Shown: piece by piece, positions 49,157 to 57,891 of the stretch
How the letters are laid out: each line of letters begins with the position of its first letter
How positions within the stretch are numbered: the first letter of the stretch is position 1
Source: an uncultured Candidatus Binatia bacterium
Lineage (GTDB): Bacteria; Desulfobacterota; Binatia; UBA9968; JAJDTQ01
DNA length: 64,000 bases
Direction: 5' to 3'
NCBI GenBank assembly: GCA_965213675.1
Contig: OZ243916.1
Coordinates: 2,944,001-3,008,000 of the forward strand
Position numbers and translations under genes: made by a program
Notes under the pieces: model-generated
Database searches by the model: none
What the model was told of the DNA's origin: nothing
What the model saw: only the letters and a program-made list of their open reading frames with translations

Positions 49157-50674
49157 ATGAAGCGCGCCGCGATGGGGTTGTTGGTTGTCGTCCTGTTGGC
49201 GGGCGTGACGGTCTACTGGCTGACGTTCATCCGGGTCACTAACGGCGGGTTGGCCTTCGAGAACAAACTGGCGATCCCCGAGCAGTTGTTCGGCACCGTC
49301 GTGGACGGACGCCGGCAGTTTCAACTGACCGTCGACGAGGGGACCCGGGAGTTCCTGCCGGGCAGGCAAACGCCGACGGCCGGCGTCAACGGCCCGTTTC
49401 TGGGGCCGACGCTGCGGTTGCGTCAGGGTGAGGACGTCGATCTGATCGTCCGGAACGAACTGGACGAGATGACCACCATGCACTGGCACGGAGCGCACGT
49501 TCCCGCCCGCATGGACGGCACGCCGCACCAGAAGATCCAGCCCGGGACATTGTGGACCGCCAGCTTCCAGGTCCATCAACAGGCCGCTCCGCTGTGGTAC
49601 CACCCGCATCCGCACGGCGCCACGGGGCGGCACGTCTATCAGGGCGTCGCGGGCTTCATGTGGATCGACGACGAGAACAGCGAGGCGCTGGATCTGCCCA
49701 AGACCTACGGCGTTGACGACATCCCACTCGTGATCCAGGACCGGCTGTTCGACGAGGACGGTGCGTTTGACTTTGCCATCAACCAAGGCGCCGTTTACGG
49801 CGACACCATGCTGGTCAACGGAACCTGGAGTCCGTTTATCGAGGTCGAGTCACGCCGCATTCGGCTCAGACTGTTGAACGGCTCGAACGCGCGCATCTAC
49901 TACATCGGCTTTGACGACAACCGCGCGTTTCACCAGGTCGCCACGGACGGCGGATTCCTCGAGACCCCCCTCCAAACCGACCGCGTGACCCTCGCTCCCG
50001 GCGAGCGGGCCGAGATCCTGGTGGACTTCAGCGATGGCGCCGGGGCGGTGTTGAAGAGCTACCCGGAAGCCGGGTTGCTGGAGACGATGGAGGCATTCTT
50101 CGGGGGGATCGGCAACGGGCACCTGGAGTTGTTGAAGATCGTTCCCCGGCCGGCAAAGCGCGCATCCCACGCACTGCCGGAGCGCCTCAACACCATCTCC
50201 CGCATCGATGCCTCACAAGCCGCGAAATCCCGGCCGATGGTTTTGGGAGGGCCGATCCAGGGCGCACAGGGAGGACGGTTTGCTGGAGGCGGACCGGGTC
50301 CGGGGCCGCCGATCAACGGCAAGATCATGGACATGGGGAGAATTGATGAGGTGGTGCGGCTGGGAGACATAGAGATCTGGGAAGTGGACAATCGCGGGGG
50401 TCAGGCTCACCCTTTCCACATCCACTTGGTGCAGTTCCAGATTCTCGACCGCAACGGCCAACTGCCCAGCGGCGCCGAGCTCGGCTGGAAGGACACGGTC
50501 CTGGTGCCTGCCGGTGACATCGTCCGGATCATCATGCCCTTCGATCGATATGCCGATCCGGAAACGCCGTACATGTACCACTGCCACATCATGGAACATG
50601 AAGATAACGGGATGATGGGACAGTTCCTGGTAGTGGAAGACCCGGAGCGACTCGCCAACCGTACTGGAGATTAG
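49157..50674 (+). CDS. Multicopper oxidase (CueO/SufI-like)
   Basis: HWHG, WYHPH, HPFHIH, HCHIMEHED copper motifs; N-terminal membrane anchor. Confidence 0.93.
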   Translation: MKRAAMGLLVVVLLAGVTVYWLTFIRVTNGGLAFENKLAIPEQLFGTVVDGRRQFQLTVDEGTREFLPGRQTPTAGVNGPFLGPTLRLRQGEDVDLIVRNELDEMTTMHWHGAHVPARMDGTPHQKIQPGTLWTASFQVHQQAAPLWYHPHPHGATGRHVYQGVAGFMWIDDENSEALDLPKTYGVDDIPLVIQDRLFDEDGAFDFAINQGAVYGDTMLVNGTWSPFIEVESRRIRLRLLNGSNARIYYIGFDDNRAFHQVATDGGFLETPLQTDRVTLAPGERAEILVDFSDGAGAVLKSYPEAGLLETMEAFFGGIGNGHLELLKIVPRPAKRASHALPERLNTISRIDASQAAKSRPMVLGGPIQGAQGGRFAGGGPGPGPPINGKIMDMGRIDEVVRLGDIEIWEVDNRGGQAHPFHIHLVQFQILDRNGQLPSGAELGWKDTVLVPAGDIVRIIMPFDRYADPETPYMYHCHIMEHEDNGMMGQFLVVEDPERLANRTGD

Positions 50675-50772
50675 AACTCCGCAGGACAGGTAATCATGGA
50701 GACTTTTGCCCTAGGAGCTACAGTGAAGGCGGGCTGGTGGACAAATTTTACCTATAACCCCATAATATCCGG

Positions 50773-51984
50773 ATGCAGTACCCCAGGGCTCTGGCTGACC
50801 GGCTGCTCCGGCTCGCGGAGCACTTTCCGGCGGTGGTAGTCACCGGTGCGCGTCAGGCGGGCAAGACGACCCTGATGCGCGCCACCTTTCCGGATCATCA
50901 CTACGTCTCCCTGGACCTCCCCACCACGGCCGACCAGGCCGAACGCAATCCGGACCTGTTCCTGCACCACCATCCGGCGCCCGTGCTCATCGACGAGGTG
51001 CAGTACGCGCCCGGCCTGTTCCGCCACGTGAAGGCGGCGATCGACGACCGTCGCCATGACATGGGCCGCTACATCCTCACCGGCAGCCAGAACTTCACGC
51101 TCATGAAAGGGATCTCGGACAGTCTTGCGGGCCGTTGCGGGATCGTGGAGTTGGAAAACCTGGCGCTGCACGAGATCGACGCCGTGACCCCAACCGGTGA
51201 CGACGCGGCCAGCCTCGCCGGCCTGATGGCCCGGGGGCAGTTCCCGGAGTTGTGGCGCGAGCCGGAGCTGCCGGCGGCGGATTTTTTCGCTTCCTATCTG
51301 GCCACCTACCTCGAACGGGACGTGCGCCAGATCCTGAACGTGGCGAGTCTCCGGGATTTCGAGCGCTTCGTTCGCGTCCTGGCGGCGCGCTCGGCGGCCA
51401 TGCTCAACAAGAGCGACGTCGCACGGGACACCGGCGTGGCGGTGAAGACCATCGGCGAGTGGGTGAGCGTGCTCCAGGCGTCCGGCCAGATCGTCCTGCT
51501 GGAGCCCTGGCACGTGAGCTTCGGCAAACGAGTGGCGAAGACTCCGAAGGTCTATTTCCGCGACAGCGGCCTGCTCTGCTTTCTGCTGGGGCTTGACGCC
51601 TCCACACTGCTCACCTCGCCAGCCCTGGGCGCTGTATGGGAGACGTTCGTGTTCGCGGAGATGCGCAAGCTGAACGAGGCCGAGTCCGCGCCTGTCAACT
51701 TCTGGTACTATCGCGACCAGCGCGGCCAGGAGGTGGACTTCGTGCGCGACGCCGGCGGCGTCCTCGGCTTCATGGAGTGCAAGTGGACCGAGCGGCCCAC
51801 CCTGCGTGACGCGCGCGGGTTGCTGCGAGTGAACGCCGGGCTGGCCGCGTCCAACAGCCCTTGGCGCCCCGGCCCGCACTACGTCATCGGCCAGCCCGTG
51901 TCCAGCCATTCCCTGGGTGAGGGCGTGACCGCCGTGTCGCTGCGCGACCTCCCCGCCATCGTCTCCGGGAATCCGCTCGCCTGA
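50773..51984 (+). CDS. AAA_14 / DUF4143 ATP-binding protein
   Basis: GARQAGKT, IDEVQ, LTGSQ, TYLERD, PKVYFRDSGL, EVDF, ECK. Confidence 0.88.
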   Translation: MQYPRALADRLLRLAEHFPAVVVTGARQAGKTTLMRATFPDHHYVSLDLPTTADQAERNPDLFLHHHPAPVLIDEVQYAPGLFRHVKAAIDDRRHDMGRYILTGSQNFTLMKGISDSLAGRCGIVELENLALHEIDAVTPTGDDAASLAGLMARGQFPELWREPELPAADFFASYLATYLERDVRQILNVASLRDFERFVRVLAARSAAMLNKSDVARDTGVAVKTIGEWVSVLQASGQIVLLEPWHVSFGKRVAKTPKVYFRDSGLLCFLLGLDASTLLTSPALGAVWETFVFAEMRKLNEAESAPVNFWYYRDQRGQEVDFVRDAGGVLGFMECKWTERPTLRDARGLLRVNAGLAASNSPWRPGPHYVIGQPVSSHSLGEGVTAVSLRDLPAIVSGNPLA

Positions 51985-52093
51985 CCGGTTGCGCTGGACA
52001 TCGTTGCCTCTCCGCGCCCAAAGACATAGTAGTGGCACAGTCTGGAACGTCGGCTTCAGGCGGGATGAACGCCGCCAATGAGGAGAAACGCAC

Positions 52094-53074
52094 ATGGAGT
52101 ACCGCCAGTTCGCAACCACCGACTGCAAGGTGTCGCCCATGGGGCTCGGCTGTCTGAGCATGTCGGGCATGTACGGCGCCGGCAACGACGATGAATCCAT
52201 CGCCACACTGCACCGGGCCTTCGACCTCGGCATCAATTTCCTGGACACCTCCGCCAGCTATGGCAACGGCCACAACCACGAGCTCATCGGCAAGGCCATC
52301 AAGGGCCGGCGCGACCAGGTGGTGATCCACTCCAAGTCCGGCAGCCCGCGGTCCGCCGCTGGCGCCGGCCTCGACGGCGGCAGTTCGCCCGAGTACCTCG
52401 TCCAGACCTGCGAGGAGAGCCTCCAGCGGCTGGGCATCGACTGCCTGGACATGTACTGCATGTCCCGCATCGACCCCGCCGTCCCGGTGGAGGAATCGGT
52501 GGGCGGCATGGCGCGCTTGGTGGAGCAAGGCAAGACCCGTTACATCGGACTCTCCGAAGCCAGCGCCGATTCCATCCGCCGCGCCCAAAAGGTCCACCCC
52601 ATCGTCTCGCTCCAGATCGAATACTCACTCTGGTCCCGGGACCCCGAGCAGGGCAACATCGAGGCCTGCCGCGAGTTCGGCATGGGCCTCATGGCCTACT
52701 CGCCCCTGGGCCGCGGCTTCTTCGCCGGCGCCGTCCGCAGTCTCGACCAGCTCGCCGAACGCGACGGCCGCCGCAACCAGCCCCGCCTCCAACCGGGCAA
52801 CATCGAGCGCAACCTGGAACTGCTCGCCCAAGTGGACGAAGTCGCCAGGGAGAGGGGCATCACCACGACCCAGCTTGCCCTGGCTTGGCTCATGGCCCAA
52901 GGCCCCGACATCATCCCCATCCCCAGCAGCAAAAGCCGCAAGCACCTGGAGGAGAACATCAAAGCCGTTGAGGTGGAGTTGACGGAAGAGGACCTGCAGC
53001 GGCTGGACGCAATCCTCCCTTACGGCGCCGCCGCCGGCAACCGGACACGAGACATGAAACGGGTGAACGTGTAG
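52094..53074 (+). CDS. Aldo/keto reductase
   Basis: GLGC, DTSASYG, IGLSE, EYSL, YSPLGRG. Confidence 0.93.
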   Translation: MEYRQFATTDCKVSPMGLGCLSMSGMYGAGNDDESIATLHRAFDLGINFLDTSASYGNGHNHELIGKAIKGRRDQVVIHSKSGSPRSAAGAGLDGGSSPEYLVQTCEESLQRLGIDCLDMYCMSRIDPAVPVEESVGGMARLVEQGKTRYIGLSEASADSIRRAQKVHPIVSLQIEYSLWSRDPEQGNIEACREFGMGLMAYSPLGRGFFAGAVRSLDQLAERDGRRNQPRLQPGNIERNLELLAQVDEVARERGITTTQLALAWLMAQGPDIIPIPSSKSRKHLEENIKAVEVELTEEDLQRLDAILPYGAAAGNRTRDMKRVNV

Positions 53075-53135
53075 GTGCAAACTTGAAGCGGAATTTGATT
53101 TGCCTTAGTAACCGTAGAGCTTCGATTCTTGGCAT

Positions 53136-53354
53136 TTGCAGGTCGATATAATCAATTTGAGGAAACAGGAGATAGGAGGGGAGGCCTATTGTATGGCGGT
53201 TGAAGGCTCCGAACGACTCAAGAGTCTAGCGGAACGGGAAATTCGGAATGACGTAATGCATTTCGATCCGGACGGTATAGACCCTAATGACACGAATAAA
53301 CTGGAAGAGATCGCCCAATTCTTTCGCGACTTACGGCGTGTAGGAGCAATATAG
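53136..53354 (+). pseudogene. Possible C-terminal fragment of a HEPN-domain protein
   Basis: IRNDVMHF matches the RxxxxH motif; AT-rich; no convincing start. Confidence 0.45.
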
Positions 53355-53798
53355 GTGCGGTCTAGGGCACTGTTGTGTTTTAGAGGACGCGGCAAAACCG
53401 ACACCCTTCTCCCTTACCCCGCTGTTGGCAACCGGGCACGAGATCCGGAAGTATGAAACCAGCCTACTCGAAGGGTTCAGGCCCACCGTCAATCTGAGGG
53501 ATACAGAGCCTGAGGAGAGGCTCGCCGAGGGGCTAAGCGTCCTACAACCGGGACCGTACGCGCGACAGCCTCCGCGGCCGGTCACCGCTCGACCGGCTGT
53601 AGGATCTCCTACGCGAGGCTCCTGCCGGCCAAGAGGGGTCGCCGCCGGCTAAGATCAGAATCGCGAGTTTAACTTGCCTCGGAAAGCTTGGCCCACAATT
53701 CACCCGGGTCGTCGTTGAGACCATGTAGGCAGACGACACAGATGGAGCAAGTGAACGTGTAGAAGGGCGTCGAAGATTACTTGGACTGGACACCGCTA

Positions 53799-54821
53799 TC
53801 AGTCCCGTTCGGGCTGGTTCGTCGACGGCTGTGCACAAACATTGGGTAGGCGGTCATTGATCGCGATTGCCAAGTCACAGCCGAAGTTTCGTGTGTTGTC
53901 GGTGACTACCGTCTGCGCTCCCGTCGCCGCGACATACGCAAGGGTTTCTTCGAAATCAGCGTGGTTCGACAAGGCCACGCGATAGGCCCGATCTGAAAAG
54001 ACCTTCAGCGGATGGTCGTGGTCGACCATGTACGCGCTACAGGTGACCATTGTCCCCTCGACTCGCTCGTTCTTGAAACCGTCGCCCTTTGAGTAGAGCC
54101 GCACATATGAACGCTGTTGCACGGCGTGCCTGCCGTCGGCGGAATCGAGCGGAACCAGTACTCCGGGCGCGAGGCCATGCTGCTGGTATACCTGCACGCG
54201 CCGGATTAGCCGCTCGGTGGCCAGAAGGGGAACGCCCACGTTGTCTCCAAGCACCTGCAAGGTGCGTTCGATGGTTCCGGGGTGGGCGTGGATATGGACT
54301 GAACCGTGCCGTAGTCTCGCACAGACTATTTCAGACAGGCAGGCTTCCGCTTGGTCCTGCGTGTAACCTCGGACGCTACGGGGGTTACCATAAGTACTGT
54401 CAACGACCAGTTCATCGACTTGGATCACGTTGTCGAGGGGCCATCCGAAGTCGCCGGAATATCCAATCCGATGACCGTCTGGCAACTCCAGGGCAACCTG
54501 ACACGATCCAAGCATGTGGTTCGATGGGACTAGATGTAACGTAAAGCCTTTTCCCAGATCATGCGCGACACCGCGTTCGACCGGGTGGAAGTTCTCTCGG
54601 TACTCCAGATCAGCATTGTACTCGGCAATGAGCAAAGCATAGGTCTCAGGGCTTAGCAGGAACTCCTGCAGCCCCTTGCTCTTGTTGAACGCACCCATGT
54701 GGTCTTCATGGACGTGTGTCTGGACACGGAAGCGGCAGCCATTAGCGAAACCGTCGCACACGACCATCTCGCCGAGGCAGACAGCGCCACTCTCCCGCAC
54801 GTCAACCATCGGGTCAGGCAT
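53799..54821 (-). CDS. MBL-fold (beta-CASP-like) nuclease
   Basis: THVHEDH (HxHxDH), SNHMLGS, YSGDF, DSTYG, SNHADF; ATG 54821 overlaps the upstream stop. Confidence 0.85.
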   Translation of the reverse strand: MPDPMVDVRESGAVCLGEMVVCDGFANGCRFRVQTHVHEDHMGAFNKSKGLQEFLLSPETYALLIAEYNADLEYRENFHPVERGVAHDLGKGFTLHLVPSNHMLGSCQVALELPDGHRIGYSGDFGWPLDNVIQVDELVVDSTYGNPRSVRGYTQDQAEACLSEIVCARLRHGSVHIHAHPGTIERTLQVLGDNVGVPLLATERLIRRVQVYQQHGLAPGVLVPLDSADGRHAVQQRSYVRLYSKGDGFKNERVEGTMVTCSAYMVDHDHPLKVFSDRAYRVALSNHADFEETLAYVAATGAQTVVTDNTRNFGCDLAIAINDRLPNVCAQPSTNQPERD

Positions 54822-55524
54822 TTGCGACACACTCCGCAACAAAGGCGCGCAGCAGAGATTCAATGTCTTGCTTGCCGACATGCTTCATTGACACGCCAAA
54901 ACCCTCGTCCCCGACCAAGGTGAAAATTTTGGGGCCTAGGCGTCCTGACGCCCCCTTTAGCCCGATTTTCTCCACGCCCGCCGCCAACATTGCATCCCTT
55001 TCTCTTTGTGGAAGCTCCGCAAGAGCTCGCTGTGCACCGCGATCAAGTATGGTGCCGATGAACACGTAACGCCGGTCGATTGCTTGCCGCATGTTGATGA
55101 CTTCCTTCACGCACTCGCTGACCGGCCGTCGTGAGCGTTCGCGCAGTTGCACGACCTGTCGGACCTCTTTGCTATTCAGGCCGTTGGCGAGTATCGCTTC
55201 GGCGACCGTGCGTTGGTCGTCAGCTTTCGGAAGTCGGGTGAGTTCGGTAGCACATGAGAACCCCACGGCATCTCGAGGGCTGCCCCAACTTATCACGTGC
55301 CGGAGGTCGTCCGGGAGGTCAAGAATACGCAGGAAACGTCTAACGCCCGTCGCGTCGATCCAGGTCTCCTTTGCACATTCGTCAAGTGAACTGCCGGCAT
55401 CGCATGCCCGCTGCAGCAATGCACCGACTTCGACCGGCGAAAGTAGACGCTCCTTTCTATGTTTCCCGTAGCCGACCGACATCCGGAGACGTCCAAGTTC
55501 TAGAGGGCTCAGACCTGGGAGCAT
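54814..55524 (-). CDS. ParB/Spo0J-like HTH protein lacking the N-terminal CTPase domain
   Basis: LSPVEVG...SLDECAK...VRRFLRILDLPDDLR...ELTRL...GLNSKEVRQ follows the Spo0J central helical pattern. Confidence 0.6.
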   Translation of the reverse strand: MLPGLSPLELGRLRMSVGYGKHRKERLLSPVEVGALLQRACDAGSSLDECAKETWIDATGVRRFLRILDLPDDLRHVISWGSPRDAVGFSCATELTRLPKADDQRTVAEAILANGLNSKEVRQVVQLRERSRRPVSECVKEVINMRQAIDRRYVFIGTILDRGAQRALAELPQRERDAMLAAGVEKIGLKGASGRLGPKIFTLVGDEGFGVSMKHVGKQDIESLLRAFVAECVANA

Positions 55525-55538
55525 GATGGCTACTAATC

Positions 55539-56357
55539 TCAGAGTCCGCGGCCGGTCAGCGCCTCTTCGATGAGCATGACGGTCGCGTCTCCCTGGTTGG
55601 TGCCTTCTTCCCGGGCGACCTGCTGGATGGCACGATGCGTATCCTGTGTCACGGTAGCGACAACCTGGATGACCTTCGAGCCGGACTTCGCGCCCTCTAT
55701 AACCTCTACGACAGACTTGTCGGGATTGTCTCTTCGATCCTCCTCCACCTTCTTGCGTTGGGCTCCTGACATCGATGCCATCTCCTGGGCCAAGACAAGG
55801 GCGTCGTCGGTGTTGACCGCGCCGTCGTCGTCCGTTGCCGAATCCTGCGCACGCAGTGCGGCATTGACATCAACTTGTCCTTCGTCGACCAAGTCCTTCA
55901 GTTGTTTCACCAGCCGGGGGTACTTTACGTAGTCCCGCACTTCCCGATGGGGCAGGCCTGTTGTCTTGACCACGTCCTGAACGCTTCCGTATATGTTGTA
56001 AAGGTAAAGGATTCCATCCTTGAGTTCTTTGCCCGACAGCTTGCGACGTATTAGGTTTTCGGTGATGGAGATTGTCTTGGCCTCAGCCTGCCCGACTTGG
56101 CTGTCAAGCACGGCGGCCGAGATGGTGTCTCGATTCAGCATCTTGTAAGCGAGGAAGCGCCGCTGACCTGTAAGGATCTCCCATTTCCCGGGCTGTTGTT
56201 TCGACTTGCAAACCACGATCGGTTGCAGTAGCCCTTGCGCTTCGATACTTGCGGCGAGATCCTCAACGCCGGCCCCCGGGTTCTCTGTCCGGACCTGTCC
56301 CAGACCAATTACCAAGTCGTCGAGGGGTATTTCGCGGTAATCGATGATTTTTGCCAT
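55539..56357 (-). CDS. ParB/Srx family protein
   Basis: LAASI...GLLQPIVV, TGQRRFLA, ENLIR; AAGGAG RBS before ATG 56357. Confidence 0.85.
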   Translation of the reverse strand: MAKIIDYREIPLDDLVIGLGQVRTENPGAGVEDLAASIEAQGLLQPIVVCKSKQQPGKWEILTGQRRFLAYKMLNRDTISAAVLDSQVGQAEAKTISITENLIRRKLSGKELKDGILYLYNIYGSVQDVVKTTGLPHREVRDYVKYPRLVKQLKDLVDEGQVDVNAALRAQDSATDDDGAVNTDDALVLAQEMASMSGAQRKKVEEDRRDNPDKSVVEVIEGAKSGSKVIQVVATVTQDTHRAIQQVAREEGTNQGDATVMLIEEALTGRGL

Positions 56358-56361
56358 GGCT

Positions 56362-57774
56362 TTAGTCTCCTTCGGTTGCATTGGAAGAGGGCGAAAGGGT
56401 GCCCTCCGCAAGTTCTAAAATCTCCATGAGTTCGCGCTTGGTGAGTCGCCCGCGCACCGTCCCCACAGATTCGATGACCTCGTCGAATAGGGCCTCCTTC
56501 CGGTCGAGCACTGTAGCTATGCGCTCTTCGACCGAGTCTCGGACCAGGAAACGGATGACATGCAGCGGCCCTTCCCGTTCGAAGCGGTGCGCTCGGTAGA
56601 CTGCCTGGAACTCGACTGCAGGATTCCACCAGCGGTCGAACAGGACGGCGTGGGTCGCCTCCCCGAGGTTCAGGCCGACGCCGCCGGCACGAAGGGAAAT
56701 CAATAGTGCCCGCGGTGTTTGGCCTGTCCTGAACCGGTCGATAGAAATCTGTCTCTCGGCTGCCGGCATGGAACCGATCAGAAGGTCGTGGGGTATTCCG
56801 ATCCGCTGGGAAATCTGCCGAAGGGTCTGGACGAACTGCGAAAACACAATCATCCTCGCCGATTGCCCAGCGCCTTCGCAGATGGCTGTGAGGGCCTCCA
56901 GTTTCGATGAAGCACCGCTCTCGACGTCGTAGTTGCAGATCACCTTTAGTCGCGTAATGAGACCGAGCATGGCGGCGTTGGAGTCTTCCTTTTCCCCGCC
57001 GATTTGTGCCGTTCTGGCCGCCCACAGATCGTCGTAGGCGATCCGTTGTGGCGACGAGAGCTCGAGGTACAGATCCTGTACGATGACAGCCGGCAGTTCG
57101 GCCCGCACTTCACGTTTCCGCCGCCGCAGCATCATTGCCTCCAGCCTCTTGTTCAGCCGTGTTGCATCGGGATCCCGACGAATATCGGGGTCCAGGAAGG
57201 CGAGGATTGAGGCGACGTCTTCGCGGTCGTTTTCGAGCGGCGTCGCAGACAGTGCCCACGCACGTTTTCGCGGCAGCAGCCGGCAGGCGAGTGCCGTTGC
57301 GGAGTTCTTGTTCTTGATGCGTTGCGCTTCGTCCAGGATGACGAGATCGAACGTGCCTTTGGGAATCTGATCCAGTCCGTCTTGACGGATCTGTTCGTAA
57401 GAGGAGACGAGAACAGGGATCGGCAGCAGGTAGAATGCCTTCCGGCTGGCGGCCCCGCCCTGAAGCCGTCGCGTCGCCAGTGACGGTGCCCATGTAGTGA
57501 GTTCGGACATCCAGTTCAGCGTCAGCGAGGCCGGGGCCACGATCAAGGCTCGGTCGATCCCCTTTTGTCCATTGAGGAGAAGTGCAAGAGCGATTGCTGC
57601 CTGGACGGTTTTTCCCAATCCCATCTCGTCAGCGAGAAGGGCAGACGTGGACTGGTACAGGAATGCCACTCCCTCCCACTGGTACGTGTGAAGGGCGGCG
57701 GGGAGCATGAGTTGATCTTCGGCCGCGCTCCGGAGATCTTGCACGTCCAGCGTCACTCGAAGACCCACACCCAC
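56362..57774 (-). CDS. SNF2-family ATPase (core only)
   Basis: LADEMGLGKT, LDEAQRIKN, SATPLEN, VFSQF, AGGVGLNL, WWNP...RAHR; start uncertain. Confidence 0.9.
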   Translation of the reverse strand: MGVGLRVTLDVQDLRSAAEDQLMLPAALHTYQWEGVAFLYQSTSALLADEMGLGKTVQAAIALALLLNGQKGIDRALIVAPASLTLNWMSELTTWAPSLATRRLQGGAASRKAFYLLPIPVLVSSYEQIRQDGLDQIPKGTFDLVILDEAQRIKNKNSATALACRLLPRKRAWALSATPLENDREDVASILAFLDPDIRRDPDATRLNKRLEAMMLRRRKREVRAELPAVIVQDLYLELSSPQRIAYDDLWAARTAQIGGEKEDSNAAMLGLITRLKVICNYDVESGASSKLEALTAICEGAGQSARMIVFSQFVQTLRQISQRIGIPHDLLIGSMPAAERQISIDRFRTGQTPRALLISLRAGGVGLNLGEATHAVLFDRWWNPAVEFQAVYRAHRFEREGPLHVIRFLVRDSVEERIATVLDRKEALFDEVIESVGTVRGRLTKRELMEILELAEGTLSPSSNATEGD

Positions 57775-57891
57775 ACGGCAGCTTCAGCGATATCTCGTTG
57801 GCATGTCTCGATAACCGCCCGCGAAATGTGCTGTGTCATCGAAGTTAGCCTGTGACCAGCGAACTGCAAATACATATGACTTCATTGACCA

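Noticed and set aside
55539-56357. Chromosome or plasmid partition locus
   Set aside because: No parA or replication gene is adjacent and no parS-like palindrome was noticed.
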